DNA of 64,000 bases from Planctomycetota bacterium. GTDB lineage: Bacteria; Planctomycetota; UBA11346. Positions 27,871-38,321 of the stretch are shown here, piece by piece. Under the pieces are notes generated by a model that was not told the DNA's origin, searched no databases, and saw nothing but the letters and a program-made list of their open reading frames with translations. The position numbers and the translations under genes are program-made. Location: positions 429 through 64,428 of the forward strand of contig JANWWU010000022.1 in assembly GCA_025055595.1 (NCBI GenBank), read 5' to 3'. The first letter of the stretch is position 1; every line of letters begins with the position of its first letter.

Positions 27871-28811
27871 GTCTCCTCCTCGGGCAGCTGCGCGGGGTCG
27901 GCGCGCAGCTCGTCGGGGCAGCCCCAGGTTTCGATCTCCAAGGCCAGCGCGATGCCGCGCTCCTGCCAGGCCCGCCGGCGGATGCGGCGGATCAGCCGCA
28001 CGACATCCTCGGCCCGCGCTCGACGCTCGGGGTTGACGATGAAGTTCGCGTGCCGCGTGCTGACTTCGGCGCCGCCGCAGCGCGCGCCCTTGAAGCCGAG
28101 CTCGTCGATCAGGCGCCCGGCCGGCAGCTCTCGGCTGGGGTTCTTGAACACGCAGCCGGCGCTGGGCAGGGCGAGCGGCTGGGAGGCGGCCTTCGCGGCC
28201 TTGAGCCGGGCGGCAGTCGCGCGCAGGCGCTGCGGGTCGTCGGGGGTGAGGGCGAGCTCGCAGCCGAGGAAGAGGGTGCCGGCCGGCAGCCCGCAGCTGC
28301 GATAGGCCGCGGGGATCTCGCGGCGCTCCAGCCAGCGCGGCTGCTCCTCGCCCGGCAGCACGCACTCGACGCGCGCGACGACATCGAAGAACCAGCGCTG
28401 CGCAGTACCGGCGTTCATGCGCAGGGCCCCGCCGATGCTCGCCGGCACGCCGGCCAGGCCCTCGAGGCCGCCCCAGCCGGCGGCGAGGCAGCGGTTGAGC
28501 AGCGCCGCCAGGTCGACGGCGGCGCCGACATGCAGCAGCAGACGGCCATCATGCAGGCCGCGCTCGCTGATCTCGGCGAAGGCGCGCCCCAGGCGGGCGA
28601 CGGGACGCGGCGGGCCGGCGTCGCCGACCAGCAGGTTGGCGCCCTTGCCGAGCCACAGCGGCTGGCAGGCCAGCGCTTCGCGCAGGTCGTCGCGGTGGTG
28701 GACGGTGATCAGCGTCGCCGGCCCGCCGATGCGGAAGGTGGTCAGCTCGGCGAGGCGGCGCTCCTCGATCGCGTTGCGCGCGCAGAACCCGGCGCTGAAA
28801 CCCTGCTTCAT
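27867..28811 (-). CDS. murB: UDP-N-acetylenolpyruvoylglucosamine reductase
   Basis: TTFRIGG, LGKGANLL, GGALRMNAG, SAGCVFKNP, HANFIVN. Confidence 0.94.
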   Translation of the reverse strand: MKQGFSAGFCARNAIEERRLAELTTFRIGGPATLITVHHRDDLREALACQPLWLGKGANLLVGDAGPPRPVARLGRAFAEISERGLHDGRLLLHVGAAVDLAALLNRCLAAGWGGLEGLAGVPASIGGALRMNAGTAQRWFFDVVARVECVLPGEEQPRWLERREIPAAYRSCGLPAGTLFLGCELALTPDDPQRLRATAARLKAAKAASQPLALPSAGCVFKNPSRELPAGRLIDELGFKGARCGGAEVSTRHANFIVNPERRARAEDVVRLIRRIRRRAWQERGIALALEIETWGCPDELRADPAQLPEEET

Positions 28812-30205
28812 GCGGCACCTCGCGGCGGGGCGGGGTCGAGCCGGGCGACCAGGCGCGGCGCGAGGCGGCCGACATCGCCGGCGCCGAGCACGAGGACGGT
28901 GTCGCCGGCCGCCGCCGCCTCCAGGACATGGGCGATTGCCGCCTCGGTGTCGGGGCAGAAGGCGACGCTGCCGTCGCCGCCGCGGCGCTCGGCCAGCGCT
29001 TCCGCCAGCTCGCGCGCCGCCGGTCCCGGCAGTGGCGCCTCGCCGGCGGGGTAGACCGGCAGCACCGCCACGGCATGCGCCTGATCGAAGGCGGCGACGA
29101 AGCCGGCGAAGCAGTCGACGGTGCGCGTGTAGCGATGCGGCTGGAAGAGGACATGGACCCGGCCGCCGGCGAGGCGCGCGGCGGCGATCGTCGCGCGGAT
29201 CTCGGTCGGGTGATGGCCGTAGTCCTCGACGACGCGCACGCCGCGCGGCCGGCCGTGGACGGTGAAGCGGCGGCGCACGCGCTCGCAGCTGTCAAGGGCG
29301 CTCAGCGGGCAGCCCGGCACCAGGTGCCGGACGGCGGCGCAGGCCATCAGCGCATTGAGCGCCATGTGGACGCCCGGCAGCGGCACCGTGATCTCGCCGA
29401 GATCAGCGCCGTCGCCCCAGACGCGCAGCCGGCTGTGCTCGGCGGCCAGCGCGAGGTCGCGCGCCTGCCAGTCGCCGTCCTGGAGGCCGACGCGGATCAC
29501 GCGGCAGCGCAGCCCGCGCGCGAAGTCGGCGGGCAGCCCCTCGCTCGGCAGCACCGCCGCGCCGTGGGCGGGGAGGCGCTCCAGCCAGCGCCGGAAGGCC
29601 GCCAGCAGGGCGGCGCGCGAGCCGCCGTAGTGGCGCAGGTGCTCGTCGTCGAGGTTGGTGACCACCGCGACCTCCGGCGCGACGCCGGCGAAGCTGCCAT
29701 CGCTCTCGTCGACCTCGGCGATGAACAGGTCGCTGGCGCCGGCGCGGCCGCCGCTGCCATCGAGCGCCGGCACCGCGCCGCCGACCATCACCACGGGATC
29801 GAGGCCGCAGGCGGTCACCAGATGGGCCGCCATCCAGGTCGTGCTGGTCTTGCCGTGGCTGCCCGCCACTGCCAGGGTGCGGCTGCCTTCCATCAGGCTG
29901 ATCAGGCACTCGCCGCGCGTCAGCACCGGCAGCCCGCGGCGGCGCGCCTCTTCGAGCTCGGGGTGGGCGGCGTCGATGGCGGCGCTGTGCACGACCGCGT
30001 CCGCCCGCTCGACATGGTCCGGATGATGCCCGATCGCGCAGGACACGCCGCCGGCGCGCAGGCGCTCGAGCACCGGCGATTCGTGGAGGTCGCAGCCATC
30101 GACCGCCGCTCCGACGCGCTGCAGGAGGGGGACGAGGGCCGAGACGCCGGCGCCGCCGATGCCCATCAGGTGCACGCGCCGGCCGCGATAGCGCGTGGTG
30201 ATCAT
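28808..30205 (-). CDS. murC: UDP-N-acetylmuramate-L-alanine ligase
   Basis: GIGGAGVS, AGSHGKTST, EVDESDGSF, DYGHHPTEI, FQPHRYTR, GAGDV. Confidence 0.95.
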   Translation of the reverse strand: MITTRYRGRRVHLMGIGGAGVSALVPLLQRVGAAVDGCDLHESPVLERLRAGGVSCAIGHHPDHVERADAVVHSAAIDAAHPELEEARRRGLPVLTRGECLISLMEGSRTLAVAGSHGKTSTTWMAAHLVTACGLDPVVMVGGAVPALDGSGGRAGASDLFIAEVDESDGSFAGVAPEVAVVTNLDDEHLRHYGGSRAALLAAFRRWLERLPAHGAAVLPSEGLPADFARGLRCRVIRVGLQDGDWQARDLALAAEHSRLRVWGDGADLGEITVPLPGVHMALNALMACAAVRHLVPGCPLSALDSCERVRRRFTVHGRPRGVRVVEDYGHHPTEIRATIAAARLAGGRVHVLFQPHRYTRTVDCFAGFVAAFDQAHAVAVLPVYPAGEAPLPGPAARELAEALAERRGGDGSVAFCPDTEAAIAHVLEAAAAGDTVLVLGAGDVGRLAPRLVARLDPAPPRGAA

Positions 30206-31323
30206 CGCTGGCTCCTCGACAGCAGGTGCCGACGCCAGGCCGCGCGCGCCGCCTGGCGCCGCTGCGCGCGGCGCTGCCGCGCCTCCGCCAGGCCGCAGAT
30301 CAGCGCCGCGACCTGGCGCGCCGCCGCTGGCCGGCCGAGGCGGGCGGCAGCCTCGCCCATCGCCGTGATCCGTGCCGGCTCGCGGCAGAGCTCGAGCAGC
30401 AGGCGCGCCATGTCCTCGGGCCGGCTGCTCGCCTGCGGCAGCACCAGCGCCGCGCCCGCTTCGGCGAGGGCGCGCGCGTTGGCGGTCTGGTGGTCGTCCG
30501 CGGCCCAGGGCAGGGGGACCAGCACCGAGCCGATGCCGGCAACGCACAGCTCGGCCAAAGTGGTCGCCCCGGCGCGGCAGACGGCGAGGTCGGCGCGCTC
30601 GTAGAGCGCCGGCATGTCGGTGACGAAGCCGTGCACTTCGGCCGCGATCCCCGCAGCGCGGTAGAGGGCGGAGACGCGCTCGCGGTCCTGCTCGCCGGCG
30701 ATGTGCACGAGGCGCAGCTGGGGCAGGGCGCGCAGCTGATGCGCCGCCAGGGCCACCAGGTCGTTGAGGCTCTTGGCGGCGAGGCTGCCGCCCATCACCA
30801 GCACCGTCAGTTCGGGGCCCGTAGCGCGGCGGCGACAGGCGATGCGGCGGACCGGATTGCCGAGGCAGCGCGCGCGCGGCAGCTCGCTGGCGGCGCTCGG
30901 GTAATGGACGACGACGCAGCTGGCGAGGCCGCTCAGCCAGCGATTGGCCTTGCCGGGGCGCGCATTCTGCTCGAGGAGCACCAGCGGTCGGCCGAGCAGC
31001 GGTGCGAGCAGGCCGGGCAGCAGCGCCGCGTAGCCGCCGAGCGCGACCAGGACCCCCGGCCGCTGCTGGCGCAGCAGGCGCCAGCTGTCCCACAGCGCGC
31101 GCAGCGCCGCCAGCCACCACCGCCAGCTCCAGGGCCTGGGCCGCGGCAAGCCGCAGGGCAGCAGCGGGATGCCGGCGGCGGGGACGAGGCGGGCTTCGAG
31201 GCGCTCGGGGTCGCCGATCCACAGCAGATCGCGCCAGCCCCAGCGCCGCAGCTCCTCGGCGATCGCCAAGCCCGGCAGAATGTGGCCGCCCGTGCCCCCG
31301 CCGCAGAACAACACCCGCCTCAT
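30202..31323 (-). CDS. murG: undecaprenyldiphospho-muramoylpentapeptide GlcNAc transferase
   Basis: GGGTGGHI, GGY, EQN..PG.AN, GNPVR, GGSL, RAGATT.AE, HQ..NA. Confidence 0.95.
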   Translation of the reverse strand: MRRVLFCGGGTGGHILPGLAIAEELRRWGWRDLLWIGDPERLEARLVPAAGIPLLPCGLPRPRPWSWRWWLAALRALWDSWRLLRQQRPGVLVALGGYAALLPGLLAPLLGRPLVLLEQNARPGKANRWLSGLASCVVVHYPSAASELPRARCLGNPVRRIACRRRATGPELTVLVMGGSLAAKSLNDLVALAAHQLRALPQLRLVHIAGEQDRERVSALYRAAGIAAEVHGFVTDMPALYERADLAVCRAGATTLAELCVAGIGSVLVPLPWAADDHQTANARALAEAGAALVLPQASSRPEDMARLLLELCREPARITAMGEAAARLGRPAAARQVAALICGLAEARQRRAQRRQAARAAWRRHLLSRSQR

Positions 31324-32519
31324 GCGGCCTCCGCCCACGCCGGGGCCTCGCGCCGCGCACGCAGCGCCGTGGTGGCGCCGATGATCCGGGTCTCGCCGCG
31401 GCGCGCCGCCGGCAGGCCGGCCTCGGCGCGCGCGCATGCATCGAGGATGCCGATCAGCATCAGGCAGACGATGATCGAGGATCCGCCGTAGCTGACGAAG
31501 GGCAGCGTCAACCCCTTGGTCGGCGCCGCGCCGACGACGACCAGCATGTTCCAGAAGGCCTGGGTGCCGAGGACGGCGGTCGCGCCGGTGGCGAGCAGGC
31601 GCCGGTGCAGGTCCGGGGCGCGATAGGCGATCGTCAGGCCGAGCGCGATCAGGGCGAGAAACAGCAGGGCGACGCCGAGGCCGCCGATCATGCCGAGCTC
31701 CTCGCAGATGACGGCGTAGATGAAGTCGGTGTGTCGCTCGGGGAGGAAGGCGAGCGCCGCGCTGCCCTGGCCGAGCCCGACGCCGCTGATGCCACCGCTG
31801 CTGATCGCGATGAAGCTCTGCTGCAGGTGGTAGGCCGCGGGGCCGGCGGCCTGCCAGGGGTCGAGGAAGGCGAAGAAGCGCTCGCGGCGGTAGGCGACCT
31901 CCCACACCGTGAAGTACAGCAGGAGCGGCAGGGCGGAGAGCGCGATCAGGGCGAGGCGCGGCCACGGCGCGCCGGCGCAGACGAGCAGGGCGAGCACGGT
32001 CAGCGCCATGACGATCACCGAGCCGAGATCCTTGGTGAGATAGACGAGGCCGGCGAGGACGGCGAAGATCAGCAAGGGCTGCAGCAGGCCCCAGCGCAGG
32101 GTGCGGATGCGCTCACCGGCGTTGGCGAGCAGGCAGGCGAGGCTGAGCACCAGCGCGAGCTTGGCGAACTCCGCGGGCTGGACATTGATCGGCCCGAAGT
32201 CCAGCCACCGCTTCGCGCCGTTGATCGTGCGGCCGAAGAGCAGGACGGCGAACACGCTCGCGGCGGCCGCGCCGGCCAGCAGCCAGGCCGTCCAAGGCCG
32301 CTGCAGCCAGGTCGTGCCGGCGACGGAGAGCAGGCCGGCGGCGACGACGCCGACGCCGATCGCCGCCAGCTGCCGCAGCAGGTAGGCGTAGGTGACGCTG
32401 CCGTCGCTGTGGCCAACGGCGGTGCCGAGGACCGTGGTCGAGGCGATCATCGTCAGGCCGAGGCCGACGAGGGCGGCGACGAGGACGAGGAGGGCGAGGC
32501 GGAGGGCGGAGGACGGCAT
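31320..32519 (-). CDS. ftsW: SEDS glycosyltransferase FtsW
   Basis: NGAKRW, QPAEFAK, LPERHTDFI, PTKGLTLPFVSYGGSS. Confidence 0.93.
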   Translation of the reverse strand: MPSSALRLALLVLVAALVGLGLTMIASTTVLGTAVGHSDGSVTYAYLLRQLAAIGVGVVAAGLLSVAGTTWLQRPWTAWLLAGAAAASVFAVLLFGRTINGAKRWLDFGPINVQPAEFAKLALVLSLACLLANAGERIRTLRWGLLQPLLIFAVLAGLVYLTKDLGSVIVMALTVLALLVCAGAPWPRLALIALSALPLLLYFTVWEVAYRRERFFAFLDPWQAAGPAAYHLQQSFIAISSGGISGVGLGQGSAALAFLPERHTDFIYAVICEELGMIGGLGVALLFLALIALGLTIAYRAPDLHRRLLATGATAVLGTQAFWNMLVVVGAAPTKGLTLPFVSYGGSSIIVCLMLIGILDACARAEAGLPAARRGETRIIGATTALRARREAPAWAEAA

Positions 32520-32520
32520 G

Positions 32521-33714
32521 TCAGCGGAGCCTGAGGGTGACGAGGGCGAGCAGGGCGCAGATCGCGGCGATGATCCAGAAGCGGACGACGATCGTGGTCT
32601 CTGGCCAGCCGAGGTACTGGAAGTGGTGGTGCAGCGGCGCGCAGCGGAACACGCGCCGGCCGCCTTGCGGGCGGTGCTTGGTCGCCTTGAACACCAGCTT
32701 CTGGATCAGCACCGAGCCGGCCTCGGCGACGAACACCGCGCCGATCAGCAGGAACAGCAGCTCCTGCTTGGTGGCGGCGGCGGCCACGCCGAGCCCCGCG
32801 CCGAGGGCCTGCGAGCCGGTGTCGCCCATGAAGACGCGGGCGGGCGGCGCGTTGAACCACAGGAAGCCGAGGCAGGCGCCGGCCATCGCCGCGCAGAACA
32901 CGGCGACTTCCTGGCCGCCGGAGACATAGAGCGCCTGCAGGTGGTCGGCGGCGTCGACGCGCGACACCAGGTAGGCGATGACGGCGAAGGCGAGCGCCGC
33001 GATGAACACCGTACCGGCGGCCAGCCCATCCATGCCGTCGGTGAAGTTGACGGCGTTGGCGCAGGAGATGGTGACGAAGGCGACCCACGGCACGAGCAGC
33101 CAGCCGAGCGCGAGCGCGTGCTCGACCGGGATCAGCGGGAACGCCAGCTGATCGATCGCCAGGCGTACGAGGTAGAGCTCGCCGCCGAGCTCCTTCTCGT
33201 AGAAACCGTAGGGGAAGCCGGCGGGGGCGTGGCCGGCGAGCAGCGTGCGCGCGTCGTGCTGTCCGACCAGCCACAGGCCGAGCCCGCAGCCGAGGGCGAG
33301 CAGGACCTGCAGCACCAGCTTGCTGCCGCTGCTCATGCCGCGGGCGTCGCGGAACATCTTGACCCGGTCGTCGCTGTAGCCGAGGGCGGCGAAGCCGAGC
33401 AGGACGAGCAAGAGCAGCCAGGGCCGGGTCTCGCTGAGGTCGGCGCACAGCAGGGTGGCGAGGCCGATGCAGGCGACGATGCCGAGACCGCCCATCGTCG
33501 GCGTCCCCTTCTTGCCCTCGCGCATCGCATCGACCAGCGCCGCGCCCTCGCCCTTGGCGCCGCTCTCGCCGAGCTTCTGCGCGCGCAGCCAGCGGATCAG
33601 CGGCGGCATGACGACGAACATGCCGAGGAAGGCGAGCATCGTCGCGGCGAGGATGCGCGTCGCCGCCCCCGCGAGCGCCGGCAGGCCCAGCCAGTCGGCG
33701 ACCAGCGGCAGCAT
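32521..33714 (-). CDS. mraY: phospho-N-acetylmuramoyl-pentapeptide transferase
   Basis: KKGTPTMGG, DD, NAVNFTDGMDGL, FMGDTGS, APLHHHF. Confidence 0.95.
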   Translation of the reverse strand: MLPLVADWLGLPALAGAATRILAATMLAFLGMFVVMPPLIRWLRAQKLGESGAKGEGAALVDAMREGKKGTPTMGGLGIVACIGLATLLCADLSETRPWLLLLVLLGFAALGYSDDRVKMFRDARGMSSGSKLVLQVLLALGCGLGLWLVGQHDARTLLAGHAPAGFPYGFYEKELGGELYLVRLAIDQLAFPLIPVEHALALGWLLVPWVAFVTISCANAVNFTDGMDGLAAGTVFIAALAFAVIAYLVSRVDAADHLQALYVSGGQEVAVFCAAMAGACLGFLWFNAPPARVFMGDTGSQALGAGLGVAAAATKQELLFLLIGAVFVAEAGSVLIQKLVFKATKHRPQGGRRVFRCAPLHHHFQYLGWPETTIVVRFWIIAAICALLALVTLRLR

Positions 33715-35099
33715 CAGTGCAGCCCTCCCGGCCACGGCGCGCCGAGCCCGGCGCAGAGCCGCTCCAGCACCAGCTCGAGGCGCGCGCTGCGGCTGCCCTT
33801 GACCAGGACGCAGCCCGGAGCGTCGGCCAGCCAGGCGAGGGCCAGCCGCGCGGCCTGCTCGTGGTCCTGCGCCGCCTGTCCCTCCTGCCCGCCGGCGGCC
33901 CGGAAGGCCTCGAGGATCGGGCGCGCCGCCTCGCCGACGGCGAGCAGGGCGCAGCCGAGCGCCGCAGCGCAGCGCCCGACCCGCGCATGGCCGGCAGCGC
34001 TCGCCGCCCCGAGCTCGCCCATGTGGCCGAGGATCGCCAGGCGGCGGCCGCCCTGCTCGGCGAGCACGCGCAGCCCGGCGCACATGCTCGCCGGATTGGC
34101 GTTGTAGCAGTCGTCGATCAGCAGGTGCGCGCCGATGCGCAGCGGGCGCAGGCGGCCGGGCGCGGCCTCGACCTCGGCGAGCGCGCGGCGCGCGCCGCCC
34201 TCTTCGGCCCCGGCCGCCAGCGCAGCCTGCAGCGCCAGCCAGGCATTGGCGCGCTGATGGGCGCCGAGCAGGCGCACCGCGAGCTCCGGCGGCGCCTCGC
34301 CGCTGAGCAGCAGCCGCCGGCTGCCGGCGGCCGCGCGCGCGATCGCCAGCAGCCGCTGCGGATCCTCGCCGTGGGCCGCGCATTCTTCGTCCAGGCCGTG
34401 GACGCCGAGCAGGGCCAGGCCGTCCGGCGGCAGGCTGGCGAAGGCGCTGCACTCCTCGCGCGCGACGCCGGCGAGATCGCCGAAGCCGGCGAGGTGCTCG
34501 GGGCCGAGCGAGGCGACGACCGCGATCCGCGGGCGGACGAGGCCGGCCAGCGGCGCCAGCTCGCCGGGATGATTGGTGCCGATCTCGATCACCGCGTGCG
34601 TGGCGTCGGCGGGCAGCGCGAGGACGCACAGCGGCACGCCGAGATGGTTGTTGCGATTGCCGTCGGTCGCGTGCACGCGCGCGCCGCCGCCGCGCAGCGC
34701 CGCAGCCAGCAGCCGGGTCGTCGTCGTCTTGCCGTTGGCGCCAGCGACCGCCAGCCAGCAGCAGTCGTCGTGCTCGGCGCGGAAGGCCGCGGCCAGACGG
34801 GCGAGCGCCTGCGCGACATCGTCGACGACCAGCACCGGAACCGGCAGCGTCAAGGGCCGCGATGCCAGCACCAGGGCCGCGCCCTTCGCGACCGCTTCCG
34901 GCGCGTAGTCGTGGCCATCGGCGCGCGCGCCGACGAAGCAGGCGAAGAGGTTGCCCGGCTGCACGCTGCGGCTGTCGAGGCTGGCGCCGCGCACGGCGAC
35001 GCTGTCGGCAGCGCCCAGCCAGGAGCCGCCGGTCAGCGCGCTGGCGCGCGCGCGGCTGAGGACGAAGAGCGCGGGAGAGCCCGCAGCGTCAGCCGCCAT
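33714..35099 (-). CDS. murF: UDP-MurNAc-tripeptide:D-Ala-D-Ala ligase
   Basis: DSR, GANGKTTT, NNHLGVP, EIGTNHPGE, DCYNANP.SM, LVKGSR. Confidence 0.94.
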   Translation of the reverse strand: MAADAAGSPALFVLSRARASALTGGSWLGAADSVAVRGASLDSRSVQPGNLFACFVGARADGHDYAPEAVAKGAALVLASRPLTLPVPVLVVDDVAQALARLAAAFRAEHDDCCWLAVAGANGKTTTTRLLAAALRGGGARVHATDGNRNNHLGVPLCVLALPADATHAVIEIGTNHPGELAPLAGLVRPRIAVVASLGPEHLAGFGDLAGVAREECSAFASLPPDGLALLGVHGLDEECAAHGEDPQRLLAIARAAAGSRRLLLSGEAPPELAVRLLGAHQRANAWLALQAALAAGAEEGGARRALAEVEAAPGRLRPLRIGAHLLIDDCYNANPASMCAGLRVLAEQGGRRLAILGHMGELGAASAAGHARVGRCAAALGCALLAVGEAARPILEAFRAAGGQEGQAAQDHEQAARLALAWLADAPGCVLVKGSRSARLELVLERLCAGLGAPWPGGLH

Positions 35100-36561
35100 C
35101 GGCCCTCCCTTCCGCGCTGCCGAGGGCGCGGACGAAGGCGCGATCGTCCCACGGCAGCGCGCGATCGCCGATGATCTGCTGCGTCTCGTGCCCCTTGCCG
35201 GCGACCAGCACCACGCCGTCGGCGCCAGCGCGCCGCCGCGCTTCGCAGATCGCGCTGCCCCGCTCGTGGATCACCTCGGCGACGGCGCCGGCCGCGCGCA
35301 CGCCCTCGAGGATGGCAGCGGCGATCGCGCGCGGATCCTCGCGCCGCGGGTTGTCATCGGTGATGATGATCGCATCCGCTGCGGCCGCCGCCCGCCCCAT
35401 CAGCGGCCGCTTGCCGGGATCGCGCTCGCCGCCGCAGCCGAAGACGACGACCAGCTTGCGGCCGGGGAAGGCCTCGCGCAGGGCGGAGAGCGCGAACGCG
35501 AGGCTTTCTGGCGTGTGCGCGTAGTCGACGAAGGTCGCGGGGCGCTCGGCCAGACGTTCGAGGCGGCCGGGCAGCGGGGGCGCGGCAGCGATACGGGCGC
35601 TGGCGACCGGTGGTGGCACGCCGAGGATTTCGGCCAGCAGCAGCGACGCGGCGGCGTTCCAGGCATTGCGCTCGCCAAATAGCGGCGGCTGCAGCGGCCA
35701 GCGCCCGCTCGCGCTCGCCAGCTGCCACTGTCCGTCGGGCAGGCGCTGCAGGAGCGCCAGCGGCAGCCCGGCCGCCCACGGCGGGGGAGCGGTGGCCAGC
35801 AGCAGCGGCTGGGCTCCTCGCGCCAGCGCGCGCTCGGCGAAGCGCGGGGCCAGCGCGTCGTCGCCGTTGAGCACGCAGCGCCCGCCGGCGGCGAGCAGCT
35901 CGACGATCCGCAGCTTGGCCTCGACATACGCCGCAAACGAGCCGTGGTAGTCGAGGTGATCGCGGCCGATGCCGGTGACCGCGACGGCGGCGCAGCGCAG
36001 CCCGGCCAGGCGATGCTGGTGCAGGCCGTGAGAGCTCGCTTCGATGACGACCCCTGGGCAGGACTCCGGCAGCGCCGCGAGGAAGGCGTGCAGAGCCTCG
36101 GGAGGGGGCGTGGTCTGGGGGTTGGGCCGCTCGCTCTGTCCGTCATGCCAGCCGAGCGTGCCGACGCGCGCCGCGCCGGGACCGAGGGCGGCCCAGGTCC
36201 AGTGCACGACGCTGCTCTTGCCCTTGGTGCCGGTGACGGCGAGCAGCGGGGTGGCGCGCGGCAGGCGGTGCGCCGCGCACGACAGGCGGGCGAAGGCCCA
36301 GCGCGCCGCCGGGGTCGGCTGGACGCGGGGATCGGGCGGCAGGTCCCCGCGATCTTCCGCCAGCACCAGGCTGGCGCCGCGAGCCAGCGCCTCGGCGATG
36401 TGCGCCGCCCGCTCCGGACCCTCGGCCTGGGCGACGAAGATGTCGCCGGGCTGGACCTGACGGCTGTCGCGACGCGGCCAGGCCTGAGGCGGCAGCGGCG
36501 GCAGCGCGCTGCGCGGCCGCGGGATCGCTTCGGCGAGCGCTGCCAGGAGCGGCTCGTTCAT
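35089..36561 (-). CDS. murE: UDP-MurNAc-dipeptide:meso-DAP ligase
   Basis: VTGTKGKSS, EASSH, DHLDYH, DYAHTP, GCGGERD, DNPR, AGKGHE. Confidence 0.94.
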   Translation of the reverse strand: MNEPLLAALAEAIPRPRSALPPLPPQAWPRRDSRQVQPGDIFVAQAEGPERAAHIAEALARGASLVLAEDRGDLPPDPRVQPTPAARWAFARLSCAAHRLPRATPLLAVTGTKGKSSVVHWTWAALGPGAARVGTLGWHDGQSERPNPQTTPPPEALHAFLAALPESCPGVVIEASSHGLHQHRLAGLRCAAVAVTGIGRDHLDYHGSFAAYVEAKLRIVELLAAGGRCVLNGDDALAPRFAERALARGAQPLLLATAPPPWAAGLPLALLQRLPDGQWQLASASGRWPLQPPLFGERNAWNAAASLLLAEILGVPPPVASARIAAAPPLPGRLERLAERPATFVDYAHTPESLAFALSALREAFPGRKLVVVFGCGGERDPGKRPLMGRAAAAADAIIITDDNPRREDPRAIAAAILEGVRAAGAVAEVIHERGSAICEARRRAGADGVVLVAGKGHETQQIIGDRALPWDDRAFVRALGSAEGRADGG

Positions 36562-38321
36562 CGCGCCCTCCGCGCTGGCGCCGGCTTCTCGACCTTCGGG
36601 ACGCCGGCGCGCTCCAGGGCGAACTGCAGGACGCGCTGCACATAGGGCGCCGCGACCTGCGCGCCGAAGTGCCCGTTCTTCGTCGCATCGTCGAGGGCGA
36701 TCAGGCACACCAGCTTGTCCTGCACCGGCGCCTCGCGGTGCGCCGGCGCCCAGCCGACGAAGGAACCGACATGCTGCTCGTGGGAGTACCGGCCGTCGAC
36801 GATCTTCATCGTCGTGCCGGTCTTGCCGGCGGCGACATAGCCCTCGAGGTCCGAGGCCCTGGCGGTGCCCTCGCTCATCGTGTGGGTCATCGCTTCCTCG
36901 ATCTGCAGCGCATCCTGCTCGCGGAAGACGCGCCGCGGCGCCTCCAGCAGGGGGAGCGCCGCATCGCTCGCGCCCTCGCGCCACACGCGCTTGATCAGGC
37001 GCGGCGGCATCCACATCCCGCGGTTGGCGATCGCGGCGTGGGCCATGATCAGCTGCAGGGGGGTGACGGCGATCTCGTGCCCCATCGGCACCGACATGCA
37101 GGCGCCGAGCTCGTTCCACGCCTGGCGCGGGCGCACGATGCCGGGACCCTCGCCGGGCAGGGGGATGCCGAGGCGGCGTCCGAACTGCAGCTGCTGCACC
37201 CATTCGTAGAGCCGCTGCGGGCCGAGGCGCAGGCCGAGCTTGGCCATCAGGATGTTGTCGGAGAGCGCGATGCCCTCGGTGACGGTCAGCATGCCGTGGC
37301 CGCCGGAAGCCAGCGAGTGATCGGTGATCGTGCGCGCGGCGCGCCCGACGCGATGGGTCCAGCGCCCGTGTTCGCAGAAGATCCGCTCGTCGAAGCGCGC
37401 CAGGCCGTCGGCGACGGCGGCGCCAGCGATCAGCGGCTTGAAGGTCGAGCCCGGCTCGTAGGTGAACTGCACCGCGCGGTTGTTGAGCGCCTCCGGACGG
37501 AAGGTCGAGCGATCGCGCGGATCGAAGGTCGGCCAGCTCGCCATCGCCACGATTTCGCCGGTCGCCGCGCGGACGACGATGCCGGCGATTCCCTGGGGCG
37601 CATGCTTCTCGGCGGCCTCCGCCAGCGCGGCCTCGAGCGCGCGCTGCACCGGGATCTCGATCGTCAGCTGCACATGGTGGCCGTCCTCCGGTTCCTGCCG
37701 CTCGCCGGAGATGCCGACGAGCGGATTGCCGAGGGCATCGACCTCCATCACCTCGCGGCCATCGCGGCCGGCGAGCCATTCGTGCATCGTCTGCTCGATG
37801 CCGCCGCCGCCTCGGCCGTCGTCGTTGACGAAGCCGACGACATGCGGGGCCAGCGGTTCGCTCGGCCAGCAGCGCGCGTGGTCGCGGCGCAAACGCAGTC
37901 CGCGCAGCCGGAGTTCGCGGATCGCCTGGGCCTGGGCCTCGTCGAGGCCGTGGGCGATGACGCGGCCGTTGGTCGCGGCGGAAAAATGCGCGCGCAGCCG
38001 CTCGCGGGGGACGCCGATGATCCGTTCGAGCTCGAGGGTGGCGCGCAGGCGGTCGTCCATGTAGGCGGGATCGGCGAGCAGCGTCCAGCTCGGCTGGCTG
38101 ACCGCCAGCGGCGCGCCGCTGGCATCGAAGATGCCGCCGCGCCGCGCCGGCACGCTGATGACGCGCACGCGCTGCCGTTCGCCGCGCGCGCGCAGCGCCT
38201 CGTGCTGCTCGATCTGCAGCGCATGCAGGCGCAGCGCGAGGACGGCGAAGGCCGCCGCGAAGATCGCGAACATCGCGATCGTCAGCCACACGGGATGCGG
38301 CGCCGGAGCCGATGTGATCAT
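36558..38321 (-). CDS. ftsI: class B penicillin-binding protein (FtsI/PBP3-like)
   Basis: N-terminal TM, RGGIFD, EPGSTFK (SxxK), SDN, KTGT. Confidence 0.9.
   Translation of the reverse strand: MITSAPAPHPVWLTIAMFAIFAAAFAVLALRLHALQIEQHEALRARGERQRVRVISVPARRGGIFDASGAPLAVSQPSWTLLADPAYMDDRLRATLELERIIGVPRERLRAHFSAATNGRVIAHGLDEAQAQAIRELRLRGLRLRRDHARCWPSEPLAPHVVGFVNDDGRGGGGIEQTMHEWLAGRDGREVMEVDALGNPLVGISGERQEPEDGHHVQLTIEIPVQRALEAALAEAAEKHAPQGIAGIVVRAATGEIVAMASWPTFDPRDRSTFRPEALNNRAVQFTYEPGSTFKPLIAGAAVADGLARFDERIFCEHGRWTHRVGRAARTITDHSLASGGHGMLTVTEGIALSDNILMAKLGLRLGPQRLYEWVQQLQFGRRLGIPLPGEGPGIVRPRQAWNELGACMSVPMGHEIAVTPLQLIMAHAAIANRGMWMPPRLIKRVWREGASDAALPLLEAPRRVFREQDALQIEEAMTHTMSEGTARASDLEGYVAAGKTGTTMKIVDGRYSHEQHVGSFVGWAPAHREAPVQDKLVCLIALDDATKNGHFGAQVAAPYVQRVLQFALERAGVPKVEKPAPARRAR

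Noticed and set aside
28140-28165. MurB with Cys (SAGCVFKNP) in place of the catalytic Ser
   Set aside because: Known natural variant in several bacterial MurB enzymes
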